From Vicugna vicugna (Eukaryota), in the NCBI GenBank assembly GCA_013265495.1, contig MU058868.1:310001-374000 (forward strand): a stretch of 64,000 nucleotides of DNA, written 5' to 3'. A program made the position numbers and the translations under genes. Position 1 is the stretch's first letter, and every line of letters starts with the position of its first letter. This document shows, piece by piece, positions 1 through 10,516 of this stretch. Below the pieces are notes generated by a model that did not search any database, was not told where the DNA came from, and saw nothing but the letters and a program-made list of their open reading frames with translations.

Positions 1-589
1 TGCCAGAGCTCCTCTGCCGGGCACGGCCCAGTTTCTTGCACAGAACGCTGGGTGGAACGAGTACGTGGCTGGGGCCTGTGTAAGCAGCAAAATCACCAGC
101 CGAGAGCACAAGAGTGGAAATGCAGCACCGAACCAGCAGGAGGAGGACACGCTCACAGGTGAGTGGACACAGGAAGGCCAGGTCTTGGTTTCCAATGCTC
201 GGCACACGGCCACAGGCGACCTCAAAGGTGCCGTGAGGGTAGATGGTGGGGACAATGGGTCTTCGCAAAGACAGGACCCAGAAATATTGGGATGGACTGC
301 ATCCACACCCTCCTGCACATCACCTTCTCAGTGGTGGTTCTGGGTCAAAGGCATTCTTTATTTCCCTCTGTGCCAGCTGGTCAGCCTTTCCCTTCTGGGA
401 AGGGCCTTTGAGTCCTGTTCAAGCACCTGCCTGCCCTGAGGCTATGAAGATGCTCCTGTCTGAGGAAGAGAGCTGTCTGTCTCCAAGTGTACACCTGCCA
501 GCCCCCAGGCAGTGTGGTGTGAAGTGGGTCTCATGTCCACTCAGCCGACACATGGCCAGTCAGCGTGATGCGGGCCAGTCCAGGTTTGG

Positions 590-1440
590 GGCAGCCTGAG
601 GTTGATGGGCTGTCTTTAAGAAAAATGCAAAATTATTATGATAAAATTAGATACACATTTTTTCAGAATGAGAGAAAATCACAACAAAGTGAACATTAAA
701 AACACTGACAAATGGCACAAACATCACAAAATCCAGGAAAAAAACCCTACAACTTTCATTCATAACTGCTTCCTACTCCACGATTGATTCTGTTTTCATC
801 TACATTTTTATTGTCTGTTTTTATAACAATTTTGTAATATCATTGTCCAGGGAGAGAAGAGAGAGAAAAACTCTTTCCTGGTTGTGTCATGCACATTGTC
901 AAGGCTGCTGTCAAGCCTGGAGACAACTTTGTTGAGTCTGTTTCATCTGGAAGCTGGGACGGCTCGGGGTAGTGCACTTTTCTTGTGTCATGACTCATCC
1001 AAAACGCCCTGTGCTCTGACGGGCCTTCTTACATGGTGCCCTTGTCACACTGACTATGGGGTCCGCTCTGTCTTGTCGGTGTCAGCGTCTCCTGTGAAGT
1101 CAGCAGGATGTCCGATCCTTTCCCCAAAGTGCACATGACTTGCTCCTTCCCCTGGCTAACTGCCAGGGGTGTTCCTGGAAGCTGTTTTCTGCACCTGTTG
1201 ACTTCGCTAAGCAAGGAAGTGACAGTGAGGGACAGACATGTCCACGACCCACAGACATTCCCACCACTCAGCTTCCCCTTGGCCAGACCCCGAAAGTGCC
1301 ACCCCAGCCCCACCCCAGCAAGAGGGGAAGTGTGATGGGGACCCAAGATAGTGTGGGAACCGCTGTGGTCATGCTGTCCTAGTTTAGCAAATGTCACAAA
1401 ACCACGTGAGTATATGACCCAGGCCCTCATGAACCCAGGC
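590..1440. mobile_element. Degenerate hAT DNA transposon (Tip100/Zaphod-like)
   Basis: AT-rich block with acaaacatcacaaaatccaggaaaa and acaattttgtaatatcatt resembling recalled hAT-Tip100 consensus. Confidence 0.45.
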
Positions 1441-1699
1441 CACTGTGTGGACCCACGTGTCCCTGCTGTGCCACGCCGTCCACGTGGTTCTGGCGGACAG
1501 TCCCAGTATAGGCTGGCAGAAGCCCTCTGCATGTGTTCCAGGCATGGGCAGGGCCATGTCCCCTCCAGAGGCTGCTCCTGGAGCCCTGTTCTGGGCCCTC
1601 CCCAACTCGTGGCCCCTCCTCCATCATCAAAGCCAGCAGGACTGAACCTTCGTTCTAAAATGTGTACCCAGGTTTGTTTTCATCAGACAGGGTGAGGTG

Positions 1700-2030
1700 A
1701 CAGTCACGGAGACACCTGCCTTTGAAGAAAGAATTTATGACATTTCTCAAGAGGAGGGACCCCACGACATGCAGGGACACTGGGAGCACAGCTTTGGGTC
1801 AGGAAACAGAAGCAGGAATGGAGACAATGTGGCCCAGAGCCTTTATTGGGGTTTTCGCAGGAAGGGATGGGTGAGGCAGTCCAGGTACAGACAGTCAATT
1901 GAGGACTGGACGTTTTGAATAATTTTGGCAGTCTGAGCTCTGGGGACAGTCTCTGGCTGTTGGGTACATGGCCCTGGGGTGAGCTGGTGCAGATGGGACA
2001 TCAGCATGGCATGTGAGAGGGGGAGAAGGG
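1700..2030 (-). mobile_element. ERVL-type solo LTR remnant (MER54/74/76-like)
   Basis: ggcccagagcctttattggggttt...tttgaataatt...gtacatggccctgggg resemble recalled consensus; LTR AATAAA on minus strand at 1842-1847. Confidence 0.45.
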
Positions 2031-2789
2031 CTGGCAGGGGTGGGGGCTCTGGTCCCATCCATTTGTGGGGAGGCTCAGTTGGTTCCAGGAACTGGCTGGT
2101 CCAGGAAGGGCAGCCTCTCCAGGACCAAGACCCCGAGTGCCAGAGCACCCAAAATACTGAAAATAAGCCACTATCACCAGTACAGTTAGAGACAGACAGG
2201 GGGACAGAAGGGAAATCATTCTTACCTGCTTAGAGATACAGGCCAGATTTTTTTTTTAAGAGAAAAATCAGGATTTTGTTTAAGAGAAGAAAGGTTGGTG
2301 GTGCTGCCTGGTCCTCTTCCAGCCAGAGACAGCAACAAAATGCCAAACAGAAAAATAAATGAATAAAGAAATGAGGAGGGAGAAAAGAATGGAAGACAAG
2401 ACTGATGTAAGAGCATAGAGGGGAGAAAATAGACCCCTATTCTCCTGTTTTTCACCTGGAAAAGTTAAGGGTGTCTCACCTGGAAAACCATACTATGCCA
2501 CTGTGGTCCCACCACCAGGACCCTGCTCCCCAGCACCCAGTACCAATATCCAGGATAATCTTCCATCTCCAGACCCTTAACTTAGTCACACCTGCAGAGC
2601 GCACACTCTGGGTCGTGGGGGTGGCTGGGAGCCAGTGCCCCCACACCCGTGTTCCCCTCACAACCCTGCATACGCCTTAGCCTCTGGGTGTATTTCGAGC
2701 CCCATGAGACACAACTGCTGTTGTATGTGTCGCTGCGTTAGGTTCATGTACAGTAGCCCCTTTGTGCTGCGTCTCATCCCTTCCTGCCT

Positions 2790-3260
2790 CTCCAGGGACA
2801 GGATCCTTCTTTTCCTGGAAGGACACCAATCACCGCTTCTGTAAAGGGGGTCAGTGGAGACACATGTTCAGACTTTGTTTCTCTGGAGTGTCTTTATTTG
2901 ACCTCCGCTTTCAAAGTAGACTTTTTGCTGGAGGTAGAAGTCTGGCTATGAGTTACTTGCCTTGAAGTTTTTGTTTCCTCGTCTGCTGGTTTCAGTCGCC
3001 TAGGCTGGAAGTCAGTGTTCTCCCCTGTGGTTCCGCACTTCAAGGGTTGCAGGCCCTGTTTTCCTCCTGCTGCTTTGAAGGTGTTCCCTTTGTCTTTGGT
3101 TTCAGCTTTTCATTAGAAGCTTGGATTCTGCTTTCTTTCTACTTTTCCTCTGGCTACAGAGCACCTCTTGATTCTGTGGCTGGATGGCTTCCATCACTTT
3201 AAGAACATTATCAGTTCCTGTCTCTTCAGATGCTGTCTCTGTCACCAACCCAAGGGACTG
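2790..3260 (-). mobile_element. Ancient L1 (L1M) internal fragment, antisense
   Basis: T-rich gtgtctttattt...tttcctcctgctgctttgaag...ctttgtctttggtttcagc typical of the antisense ORF1/ORF2 region. Confidence 0.65.
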
Positions 3261-4081
3261 GCAACAGTGACTGCCTCCGGGTGGGTTTTACTGACTGAGG
3301 GAGGACGTGCAGGGAAGGGGTCCTCCCCTGGGTTCCGAGACCTTCGGTTGGTGGGGAAGATGCTGTGCGCCCTCCAGGACAGGCAGGTGTACAGACACAC
3401 ACATGCAGCATCTGCATGCAGCTGACAGCTTAAACATCAACACCGCTGACTGCCACCTCCCCAACACCCAGGCCAGGCTCCCTGGCTGTCCTGAAGGGAC
3501 GTCCACTTGGCTTCTTAAAGGCAACTTAGCTCTCTGACCACCCCTGCTGCTTTACAACCGCGCCCCTCTCCGAAAACGGCACACCCCCACGCTGCTGCAG
3601 TCAAATTCCTTAGGGTCACCAGTCCACCTTCCAAATGTGTCCCACATCTGACCACCTCTGCCCACCGCCCAACCATCGCAGGTCTGAGCCATGCGTTAGG
3701 CTCCTCCCTGCTCCGAGGGCCGACCTTACTTACGAAGCGTTGCAGATGACGGTTCTCACCCGTGCGGCTAAAAACCAGGCGCTTTCCAAGTGTCGTCCAG
3801 TGCCCACAGCGCGCTCAGCGCTTCAGCGCGGGAGGGGACAGAGGGGCGCTACCTGCTGAGGGCTGCCGACCCTGCGCCCCCTACACCTACTGCCCCGGCC
3901 CCGCCGCCACGTCCACGGCCCCAGCCTCCAGCCTCACCGAGCCCCACGCCCACCGACCCGGGTCCGCGACCTCACGTCCACTAACCCGCTTCCTCGCCCA
4001 CCGCCCCGGCCCCTCCCACCTCCCACCGCCGGCCAGACCCCTCCTGGCCCGTTCCTGCCGAGGCCCCTCCCGGCGCCGGCG

Positions 4082-4091
4082 GTCACGTGGC
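4082..4091 (+). promoter_or_regulatory. CLEAR-like E-box GTCACGTGGC (TFEB/TFE3/MITF/USF)
   Basis: 9/10 match to GTCACGTGAC, about 105 nt upstream of the ATG of a lysosomal hydrolase gene. Confidence 0.7.
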
Positions 4092-4194
4092 GCGCAACCC
4101 GGAGGCGGAACCGGCCGTGGGGCGCGGACCTCGGCTCCGGGAGCGACAAAGGTCGGGTGGGTCTATAGGGTTGGGGTGCCCCGGCGCCCCTGCC

Positions 4195-4349
4195 ATGCGC
4201 CCCCCGCACCCTCGACCCGCGCTGCTTCCGCTCCTGGTCGCGCTTCTGGCCGCGTCTCCAGCGGCTGCCGAGGCTCCGCACCTGGTGCGCGTGGACGCGG
4301 CCCGAGCGCTACGGCCCCTGCGGCCCTTCTGGAGGAGCACCGGCTTCTG
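4195..4349 (+). CDS. IDUA: IDUA exon 1 coding part (signal peptide ...WRSTGF)
   Basis: GCCATGC start at 4195, [21 protein letters not shown]...[10 protein letters not shown], donor TG|gtgagc; 155 nt. Confidence 0.96.
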
Positions 4350-4915
4350 GTGAGCGCTCCGCAAGGGAAAATCGAGGTCCGAGCGGCCCATACCGCACCT
4401 ATCCCGCTGTGCGCTCTTCCCGGACCACCACCGCGAGCCCCGCCCCAGGCCTCTGGGATCCCCGTCGCATCCAACCAAATGAGGAGCGCCTACTGCAGAT
4501 CTCTCCAGATGTGATTGGGGGGGGTCCTCTCTGTCCGCCGGTTCTGTGCGATTTTGGGGTGCCACGGAGGTTTCCTAGCTGAGTGGCTACCCAGTATGGG
4601 GAAGCCTGGGGCAGGCTCCAGAGTTTGCCTAGTCGACCCCAGGAGTCTGAAGAGGCTGGTGGCCCCCCAGGGCAGCCTGGTGGCCCCCCTGGCCCAGGAC
4701 ACTACTCTGGTGCAGACCAGGAGCCTCCCAAGGGGGCAACCCCAGCGGTATCAAGACGTCCTGGCGGTGAGACCTGTCCCCGCTACCCATGTGTCCTCCA
4801 TTCCCTCTGTCAGGCTTGGAGCTGAGAGTCCCCTGCTGGGACAGTGGGCAGGGTGGGGCCCTGATCTCCATAAACATGAGGTAGGTTTCATAACAATCCT
4901 GGCATTAGCAGTCAT

Positions 4916-4921
4916 TTTATT
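4916..4921 (-). terminator. SLC26A1: SLC26A1 poly(A) signal AATAAA in IDUA intron 1
   Basis: First TTTATT on + below the SLC26A1 stop; AT-rich island with U-rich downstream sequence on the minus strand. Confidence 0.75.
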
Positions 4922-5052
4922 ACATCAGGGACAGTAAAATTCACCAGCGGACACTCCCCAGTCCTGGCCCTGGTGGTGTAGGTGTGGCTGTGTGCCAAGG
5001 CTGCTCTGTTAACTCCGACTAATGCCCCCACTCCCCCTTGTTTTGTGCCCAG

Positions 5053-5193
5053 TCCCCCACTGCCGCACAGCCAAGCTGACCAGTATGACCTCAGCTGGGA
5101 CCAGCAGCTCAACCTGGCCTACGTGGGTGCCGTCCCTCACGGCGGCATCCAGCAGGTTCGGACCCACTGGATGCTGGACCTCGTCACGGCCAG
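5053..5193 (+). CDS. IDUA: IDUA exon 2
   Basis: ccag| [49 protein letters not shown]|gtgggt; 141 nt. Confidence 0.97.
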
Positions 5194-5981
5194 GTGGGTG
5201 GCAGGGAGGGGGGAAAGCCTGGGAGCAGCTGGGCAGAGCCCACTTTATGAAGACCAGGACAAAGAGGAGGTGGTGTCCGGGTGTGGAGGATAGTGCAGCT
5301 CAGGGCAGTGGTGGGGACATCCTGATCTGAGAAGCCACCGCCCCACACTTCTCGGCAAAGCATCCCCCGGGGAGGGAGAGTGGAGGGCATCTGGCTGCAC
5401 AGGGCGCTGTGGGTGCTGGGCAGCCCCTGGCTGGGGCACAGCTGCTTTCCTGCTGGAAGCCACCCTGGCAGCTCAGGCTCAGCTTGGTGTGCAGCTGGCC
5501 CAAAATGGCTAGTGGGCACCCACACTCTGTGCTGTGTCCAAGGGCCAGGCTGAGGTCATGTTGGTCACAGCTGCCTTTGGCCCTGCAAGGGCCAGCCAGG
5601 GCTGAGGCACGAGGTATGAGAGACACTTGGGCACGTGTGTTGCGGGGGCTTCAGAGAGACCTGGTGGGGTGGGGGCTGGCAGGCCAAGGGACCAGTGTCT
5701 TTTCAGCACCTCGGCGGCCACGTGACTGCCTCGGGGTCCTGGTTTAAGACAGGACACTGAAGGTCAGATCGGCTCCACAGACCACAGGTGCACAACCCTG
5801 GGCCCAGGTGGCACTGTGGCAGCGTGTCTCAAAGGTGCGGTGGTGGGTTCTCAAGCGTCTGAGTCCTTGTGGGTGTTCACAGTGTCGCCCTCCGTCCCAG
5901 TCGGGGTTCCCCAGTTCCTCTAGGGTGGGGACGGCAGTGATCGACGGTACAGGTGGAGGCTGGTGGCAGGCACTAGCTCTC

Positions 5982-7511
5982 CTAGAGGGAGGAGTCTGTG
6001 GCTGCCAGCTCCCTGTGACGGGCTCGGGCCGCCTGCACAGCACCGTACACGCTGGGGAACAGCTGCTCCTCCTCAGCCACGTCCTCCTGGTCCTCCCCGA
6101 GGAAGCCGCCCCTCCTCAGGGTGTCCCTTACTGAGGGGCTGCAGCAGGCCAGGAGCAGGGTGATGCCCAAGGCCTCGTAGTCTCGGCGCAGGTCCTGCAG
6201 CGTGGCCAGGCCAGCCACGTCCAGGAACAGCAGCGGGGCACAGTCAATGACCACCACGTGGAAGCCGGTTGCCGACGGCACCAGCGCGGCCGTGCTGCTC
6301 ACTGGGCCCAGGTCCCGGCCTTGGACCAGATCTCCTTTGCCAGCCCCCACCCCTGAGCCCTGCTCCTTCCTCCTGGCAGTCACATGCCCCACGTCCAGCC
6401 CCGTCAGGCTGTAGAGCGAGCGCAGGAAGAAGTCCTTGTTGGCATAGTAGAGTGGCCCCGAGAAGCGGAACACCTGCACGCCAGGCTCGGGGACCAGGCC
6501 CTCAAACTCTGTGCTGTCCTCGTAGAAGCCAGAATCCCCAACTCGGGCGAGCAGGGCGGCACGAGGGCGCTGTGTGCGGCTGGCCAGGCTGAGCAATGAG
6601 AGGAGGACGCCAGCCAGGAGCCCGGCCTCGGTGCTGACCAGCACGCAGGTGGCCGCGGTGGCCACCCAGACTAGTGCATCGGCTGGGCTGAGCCGCCACA
6701 GCCGTGGGACATCCCTCACCTTGCGCAGGGCCCCCCGCAGGCTGACGACAATGACACAGGCCAGCACGCACCGCTGCAGGTCCCGGAACAGTGGCGCCAG
6801 CACCAGCAGCACCAGCAGCACCACGGCAGCGCTGACCACGCTGGACACCTGCGTGCGGCAGCCAGTGGCTGTCTTCACCAGGCTCTTGGACAGGGCAGCA
6901 CTGGTGGCAAAACAGTGGAAGAAGGCGGGCAGCACGTTGCAGCAGCCCACGGCCAGCAACTCCTGGTTGGCGCGCACGGAGTAGCCGTGGCTGCGGGCAA
7001 ACATCTCTGCCAGTGAGATGGAAAAGGCAGAGCCTATGAGGGCCAGGGACACAGCGTCCTGTGCCACCCGCCACATCAGCTCTGGATCTGGCACTCGTGG
7101 GGCCACAAAGCCAGTGGGGATGTCGCCAGCCACGTTGGAACCGAAGCGCTCATGGAACTGCCCAAAGTGGGACACGAGCGTGGCCACCACAATGACCAGC
7201 AGCTCTGCAGGCAGCGGCACCCGCAGGCGGTGCCGGAGGCGGTCCGAGAGCTCCTTAGCCGCCAGCAGCACGGCCAGGCACGTGGCGCTGGTGAGCACGT
7301 CGCACAGGTTGGCCTGCCCAGCGCTGCGCAGCAGGCTCAGCCACGTGCTCACCACCATGCCTGGGCCCTGATGCCGCGGGACCCGCACGCCCAGCAGGTG
7401 CCTGAGCTGGGAGGTCAGGATGGTCACTGAGGCCCCCATGGCGAAGCCATCCAGCAGCGGCTGCGAGAGGTAGGTGGACACGAAGCCTAGCCGGAGGATG
7501 CCCATGAGGAC
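5982..7511 (-). CDS. SLC26A1: SLC26A1 last coding exon (TM core plus STAS domain), 509 aa plus stop
   Basis: cag| [23 protein letters not shown]...[15 protein letters not shown]...[15 protein letters not shown]...[15 protein letters not shown] at 5982-5984. Confidence 0.98.
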   Translation of the reverse strand, partial: VLMGILRLGFVSTYLSQPLLDGFAMGASVTILTSQLRHLLGVRVPRHQGPGMVVSTWLSLLRSAGQANLCDVLTSATCLAVLLAAKELSDRLRHRLRVPLPAELLVIVVATLVSHFGQFHERFGSNVAGDIPTGFVAPRVPDPELMWRVAQDAVSLALIGSAFSISLAEMFARSHGYSVRANQELLAVGCCNVLPAFFHCFATSAALSKSLVKTATGCRTQVSSVVSAAVVLLVLLVLAPLFRDLQRCVLACVIVVSLRGALRKVRDVPRLWRLSPADALVWVATAATCVLVSTEAGLLAGVLLSLLSLASRTQRPRAALLARVGDSGFYEDSTEFEGLVPEPGVQVFRFSGPLYYANKDFFLRSLYSLTGLDVGHVTARRKEQGSGVGAGKGDLVQGRDLGPVSSTAALVPSATGFHVVVIDCAPLLFLDVAGLATLQDLRRDYEALGITLLLACCSPSVRDTLRRGGFLGEDQEDVAEEEQLFPSVYGAVQAARARHRELAATDSSL

Positions 7512-8227
7512 CTGCGGACAGAGTGTGGTCGGGGCGGCGGGGCCGCGGCACGGAGCCCGATCTCCCTCCTGCTGGCTGCGTATTTCCCAGATGGACTCCA
7601 TCCACAGCCCCCCTGCATGCGCACGTGCACACACAGGCACAGCAGAGACTGGAGGTGCCCGCCGTGGCTGCAACGCTCCCTTGTGATCCTCACACACTGT
7701 GCTCTGGGAGTTGGGAGGCAGCTCCTTTCTCCTGCCCCGTATGCATCACCCCCACCCCCCACCAGGAGACCTGGAGCTGATGGGAGGGACCCAGGGTGGC
7801 CCTTGGGAGGGGGTGACATTGGGGTGGACAGCCCTGGTCCAGGAAGGGCTGGGTGCAGGGAAGCCACACGAAGGCCGGCAGTCCCCAGGGTCCCATTTGG
7901 GACAGGAAGCCAGGGAGGCTGTGGGGACCGAGTGGCGAGAGTTGGGTACATCTGGGCCTAAGGCCACACTCTGCAGCTGGCCTCTCAGGCTCCCCGATCC
8001 TGGTGACCCTCAGCCCCTGTGGTGCGGTCATGAGCCAGCCTCTGCCTGGGCCCTGTTCTGTCTTCTCCTTGCTGGTTAAGCCACCACCCTGATCTTGTGT
8101 TTCCCCCAGGCTTGGCCTTCCAGGTAGGCAGCCGGCACCGAGGGGGCTGCTCCGAGGGGCTGAGGTGCCCCATCTGGGTCTGGGCCCGGGCGCAGCTTGG
8201 AAGGACCCCGTGCGGCAGTCTCCTCAC

Positions 8228-8818
8228 CTGGTAAATCCCGGCCACCAGTGTGAGGGCGGTGGCAACGCGGATGGCGTAGCAGTCCCTCCCGCAGTCCTGC
8301 AACCCGAGCACCAGCGTGGCGGCTGAGGCATTGAGGGCGCTACTGTTGGCCCCAGGCCCCAGGCCGTCCTGGGCAGGGTCGAAGCCGGCCAGCAGGAGCT
8401 CGCGGTCCACCACCTGACCCACCATGAGGCACAGCAGGCTGAAGATGCCCACGGAGACGTGGCGCGAGGTGCCCATGAGGAAGTAGATGAGATTCGCGAA
8501 GAAGGACGTGTAGAGGCTGTAGACAGGCGGCAGCCCAGCCAGCAGCGAGTAGGCGATGGCCTGCGGCACCAGGATGATGCCGATGACCAGCCCAGACATG
8601 GTGTCACCCGCCAGGTCCTCCCGAGGCCGGTACTGGCGGAGCCAGCGTGTGGCTGGGAACAGGTCCTGCAGCAGCGCCCAGGCCCCCTGCACGCTGCACA
8701 CACAGCTCCGCCGCAGCCTGGCCTTCAGAGCCTCACCCAGGCCCGGGGGTGCTGGGGGCCGCCGGCGGACCAGCACCGGCCCCGTGGCCTGTGGTGTGCA
8801 TTCAGGGGACACGTCCAT
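8228..8818 (-). CDS. SLC26A1: SLC26A1 (sulfate anion transporter 1) first coding exon, 197 aa
   Basis: [20 protein letters not shown]...[21 protein letters not shown] (SLC26 signature)...[10 protein letters not shown]; acceptor 28 nt upstream of ATG (exon edge 8846); donor CAG|gtgagg. Confidence 0.97.
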
Positions 8819-9828
8819 CCTGGGGCACCCGGCCCCCAGGGGAAGCCTGCAGTGGGGAAGTGGTGAGACGAGCAAGAGTCGAGGGTGTTACAGAGACTCA
8901 GATGCACGTGGCTGAACCAGGCTCTGCTGCTCCCTGTCCACCTCCCCGTCCAGGCCCCCACGGGAGGCCTCTCCACTCCCCCATCCAAACTACCGTGGTC
9001 CCTTCTGGTGTCTGTCAGCCCTGCACTGTGGCTCTGGGGCTGGCAGAGGCTCGGAGGAAGAGGCCTGCAGGCGCTGGGACCCTAGCCCGGTCCTCGTAGC
9101 CGGAACGTGCTTCGAGGGGGCCAGCTGGGAGGGGAGCCAGGGTGAGTGGCGTCCATCGCACACCCAGAGTGTTCTGGGGTTGCGGGCACCCTTTCCCCAG
9201 TGCGTGTTAATGTCACTGGGTTTAGGCTAGTATCTGACCGTGCAGGCGCACCAGGGAACAAGGTGCCAACTGCCACTGCTGTCCGGAGGGCAGCCTGCCG
9301 CCCAGGGCCCAGCCGTACCTTGCCTCTGGGCTCAGGGAGCACCAGGGTGTCGGCGGCCTTGGTCTCCCCCGTTCACAGCTGTGCTGAGGTCAAGCTGTGC
9401 TTGAAATCCCCTCCTGGTGATATGAAGCAGGTTGTCCCTCAGAGCCTGGTCACTCTGACACGGTGTGCACGGGGCCTGGGTCTCCCCAGGGTGTGGAGAG
9501 CTGGTGGTAGGCCTGGCCTGGCGACAGGCGCAGGCAGGCGGACACGGCCCCTGTGGGCTCAGGCAGCAGGCCCGCCCTCGAGGGGACGTTATGGGAGCTG
9601 TTTCCTTCCTCTGCAGCCTCACCACACAGGGACCTTAGACACCCTGACACTCACCCCGCCCCTGGCGTCCACGTGCATCGACTGAGGGCTGTTCAGATGC
9701 CACCTGCCTCGTGCCTGGCGTCCGCGAAAGAATGCCTGGAACCGGGTGTTTCCGCTCCCAGCATCCCGCCCTGGCTCCGTACAGACCTGGCCCTCACTGT
9801 CCTGCAGCAGGTCCCAGGCAACTCTTAC

Positions 9829-9990
9829 CTGAGGGAGACCCTCTCGGGCTCGGCAGGTAGCGGAGCCAGGCCTTCGTGTCCCCAGAGCCCTGTGGCTCCT
9901 GTCAGAGGCCGGGAGTGCAGGCGGCGGGTGCTGGCGTGGAGCGGTCTGCACTGACGGGCGGCTCGTGCTCTGCGCTCGGCCTCTGGCTGC
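9829..9990 (-). other. SLC26A1: Probable non-coding exon 1 of SLC26A1 (5' end approximate)
   Basis: Strong minus-strand donor CAG|GTAAGA at 9828, CpG-richer patch, no upstream ATG, immediately downstream of an AP-1/HNF1-like motif cluster at 10011-10043. Confidence 0.5.
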
Positions 9991-10010
9991 TTGGCTGTGC
10001 TGGGCTTGCA

Positions 10011-10044
10011 GTTAAATTATTTACTCCAAAGACTGCTGAGTCAG
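10011..10044 (-). promoter_or_regulatory. Candidate SLC26A1 proximal promoter: AT-rich HNF1/TATA-like GTTAAATTATTTAC (10011-10024) and AP-1/ARE TGCTGAGTCA (10034-10043)
   Basis: Motifs read directly; position fits a minus-strand TSS near 9985. Confidence 0.5.
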
Positions 10045-10439
10045 GTTTCCTCCAGATGAGCATTACCTGCGCGGCTAATCTGGGGAGGTGTAATCAGAGG
10101 CTCACAAATGGTTACAGTTGTGTGGGCCTTTAATAAGCACCTAGCTTCCCAGGACCGGGGCTCTAGGTGTGGGATGGGGTGGGCTGGGCATTGAGTGGCT
10201 AGAGCAGGAACCCGGGATCCTGAGGCCCCTGGGGGAGACAGACTGCTCCAAAGCCTGGCCAGCTGTGGGGAGAGGACTGGCAGTGTGTGACCCCTCAGCT
10301 CTGGGGCCAAGTGTCATGGCTCTCAGGTCCCTGGAGTGTCGGAAGGATGGAGGATCTAGGGAGGGGCTGGTCTCCAAGTCCTATTCCTGGACATCCTCTC
10401 TGTGGCAGGGCGTCCCTGAACCAGCAGGACCCTAGGATG

Positions 10440-10441
<2 letters not shown>

Positions 10442-10515
<74 letters not shown>

Positions 10516-10516
10516 G
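10442..10516. repeat. Compound microsatellite (TG)19 plus (TCTG)7
   Basis: Read directly. Confidence 0.98.

Larger units (their letters stand above)
3540..4480 (+). promoter_or_regulatory. IDUA: IDUA CpG-island promoter
   Basis: Dense CpG and GC boxes spanning the upstream region and exon 1; no canonical TATA box. Confidence 0.85.

Noticed and set aside
4087-4194. N-terminally extended IDUA from the in-frame GTG at 4087
   Set aside because: The GTG lies within the CLEAR box, probably at or upstream of the TSS; the ATG at 4195 has good context and begins the signal peptide
7512-7697. ORF-track extensions of SLC26A1 exons (7512-7697 and 7985-8227)
   Set aside because: Intronic read-through beyond clear splice sites; not SLC26-like
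9319-9420. Extra SLC26A1 5'UTR cassette exon (donor AAG|GTACGG at 9318, minus strand)
   Set aside because: Donor is plausible but I could not identify a convincing acceptor; needs RNA-seq
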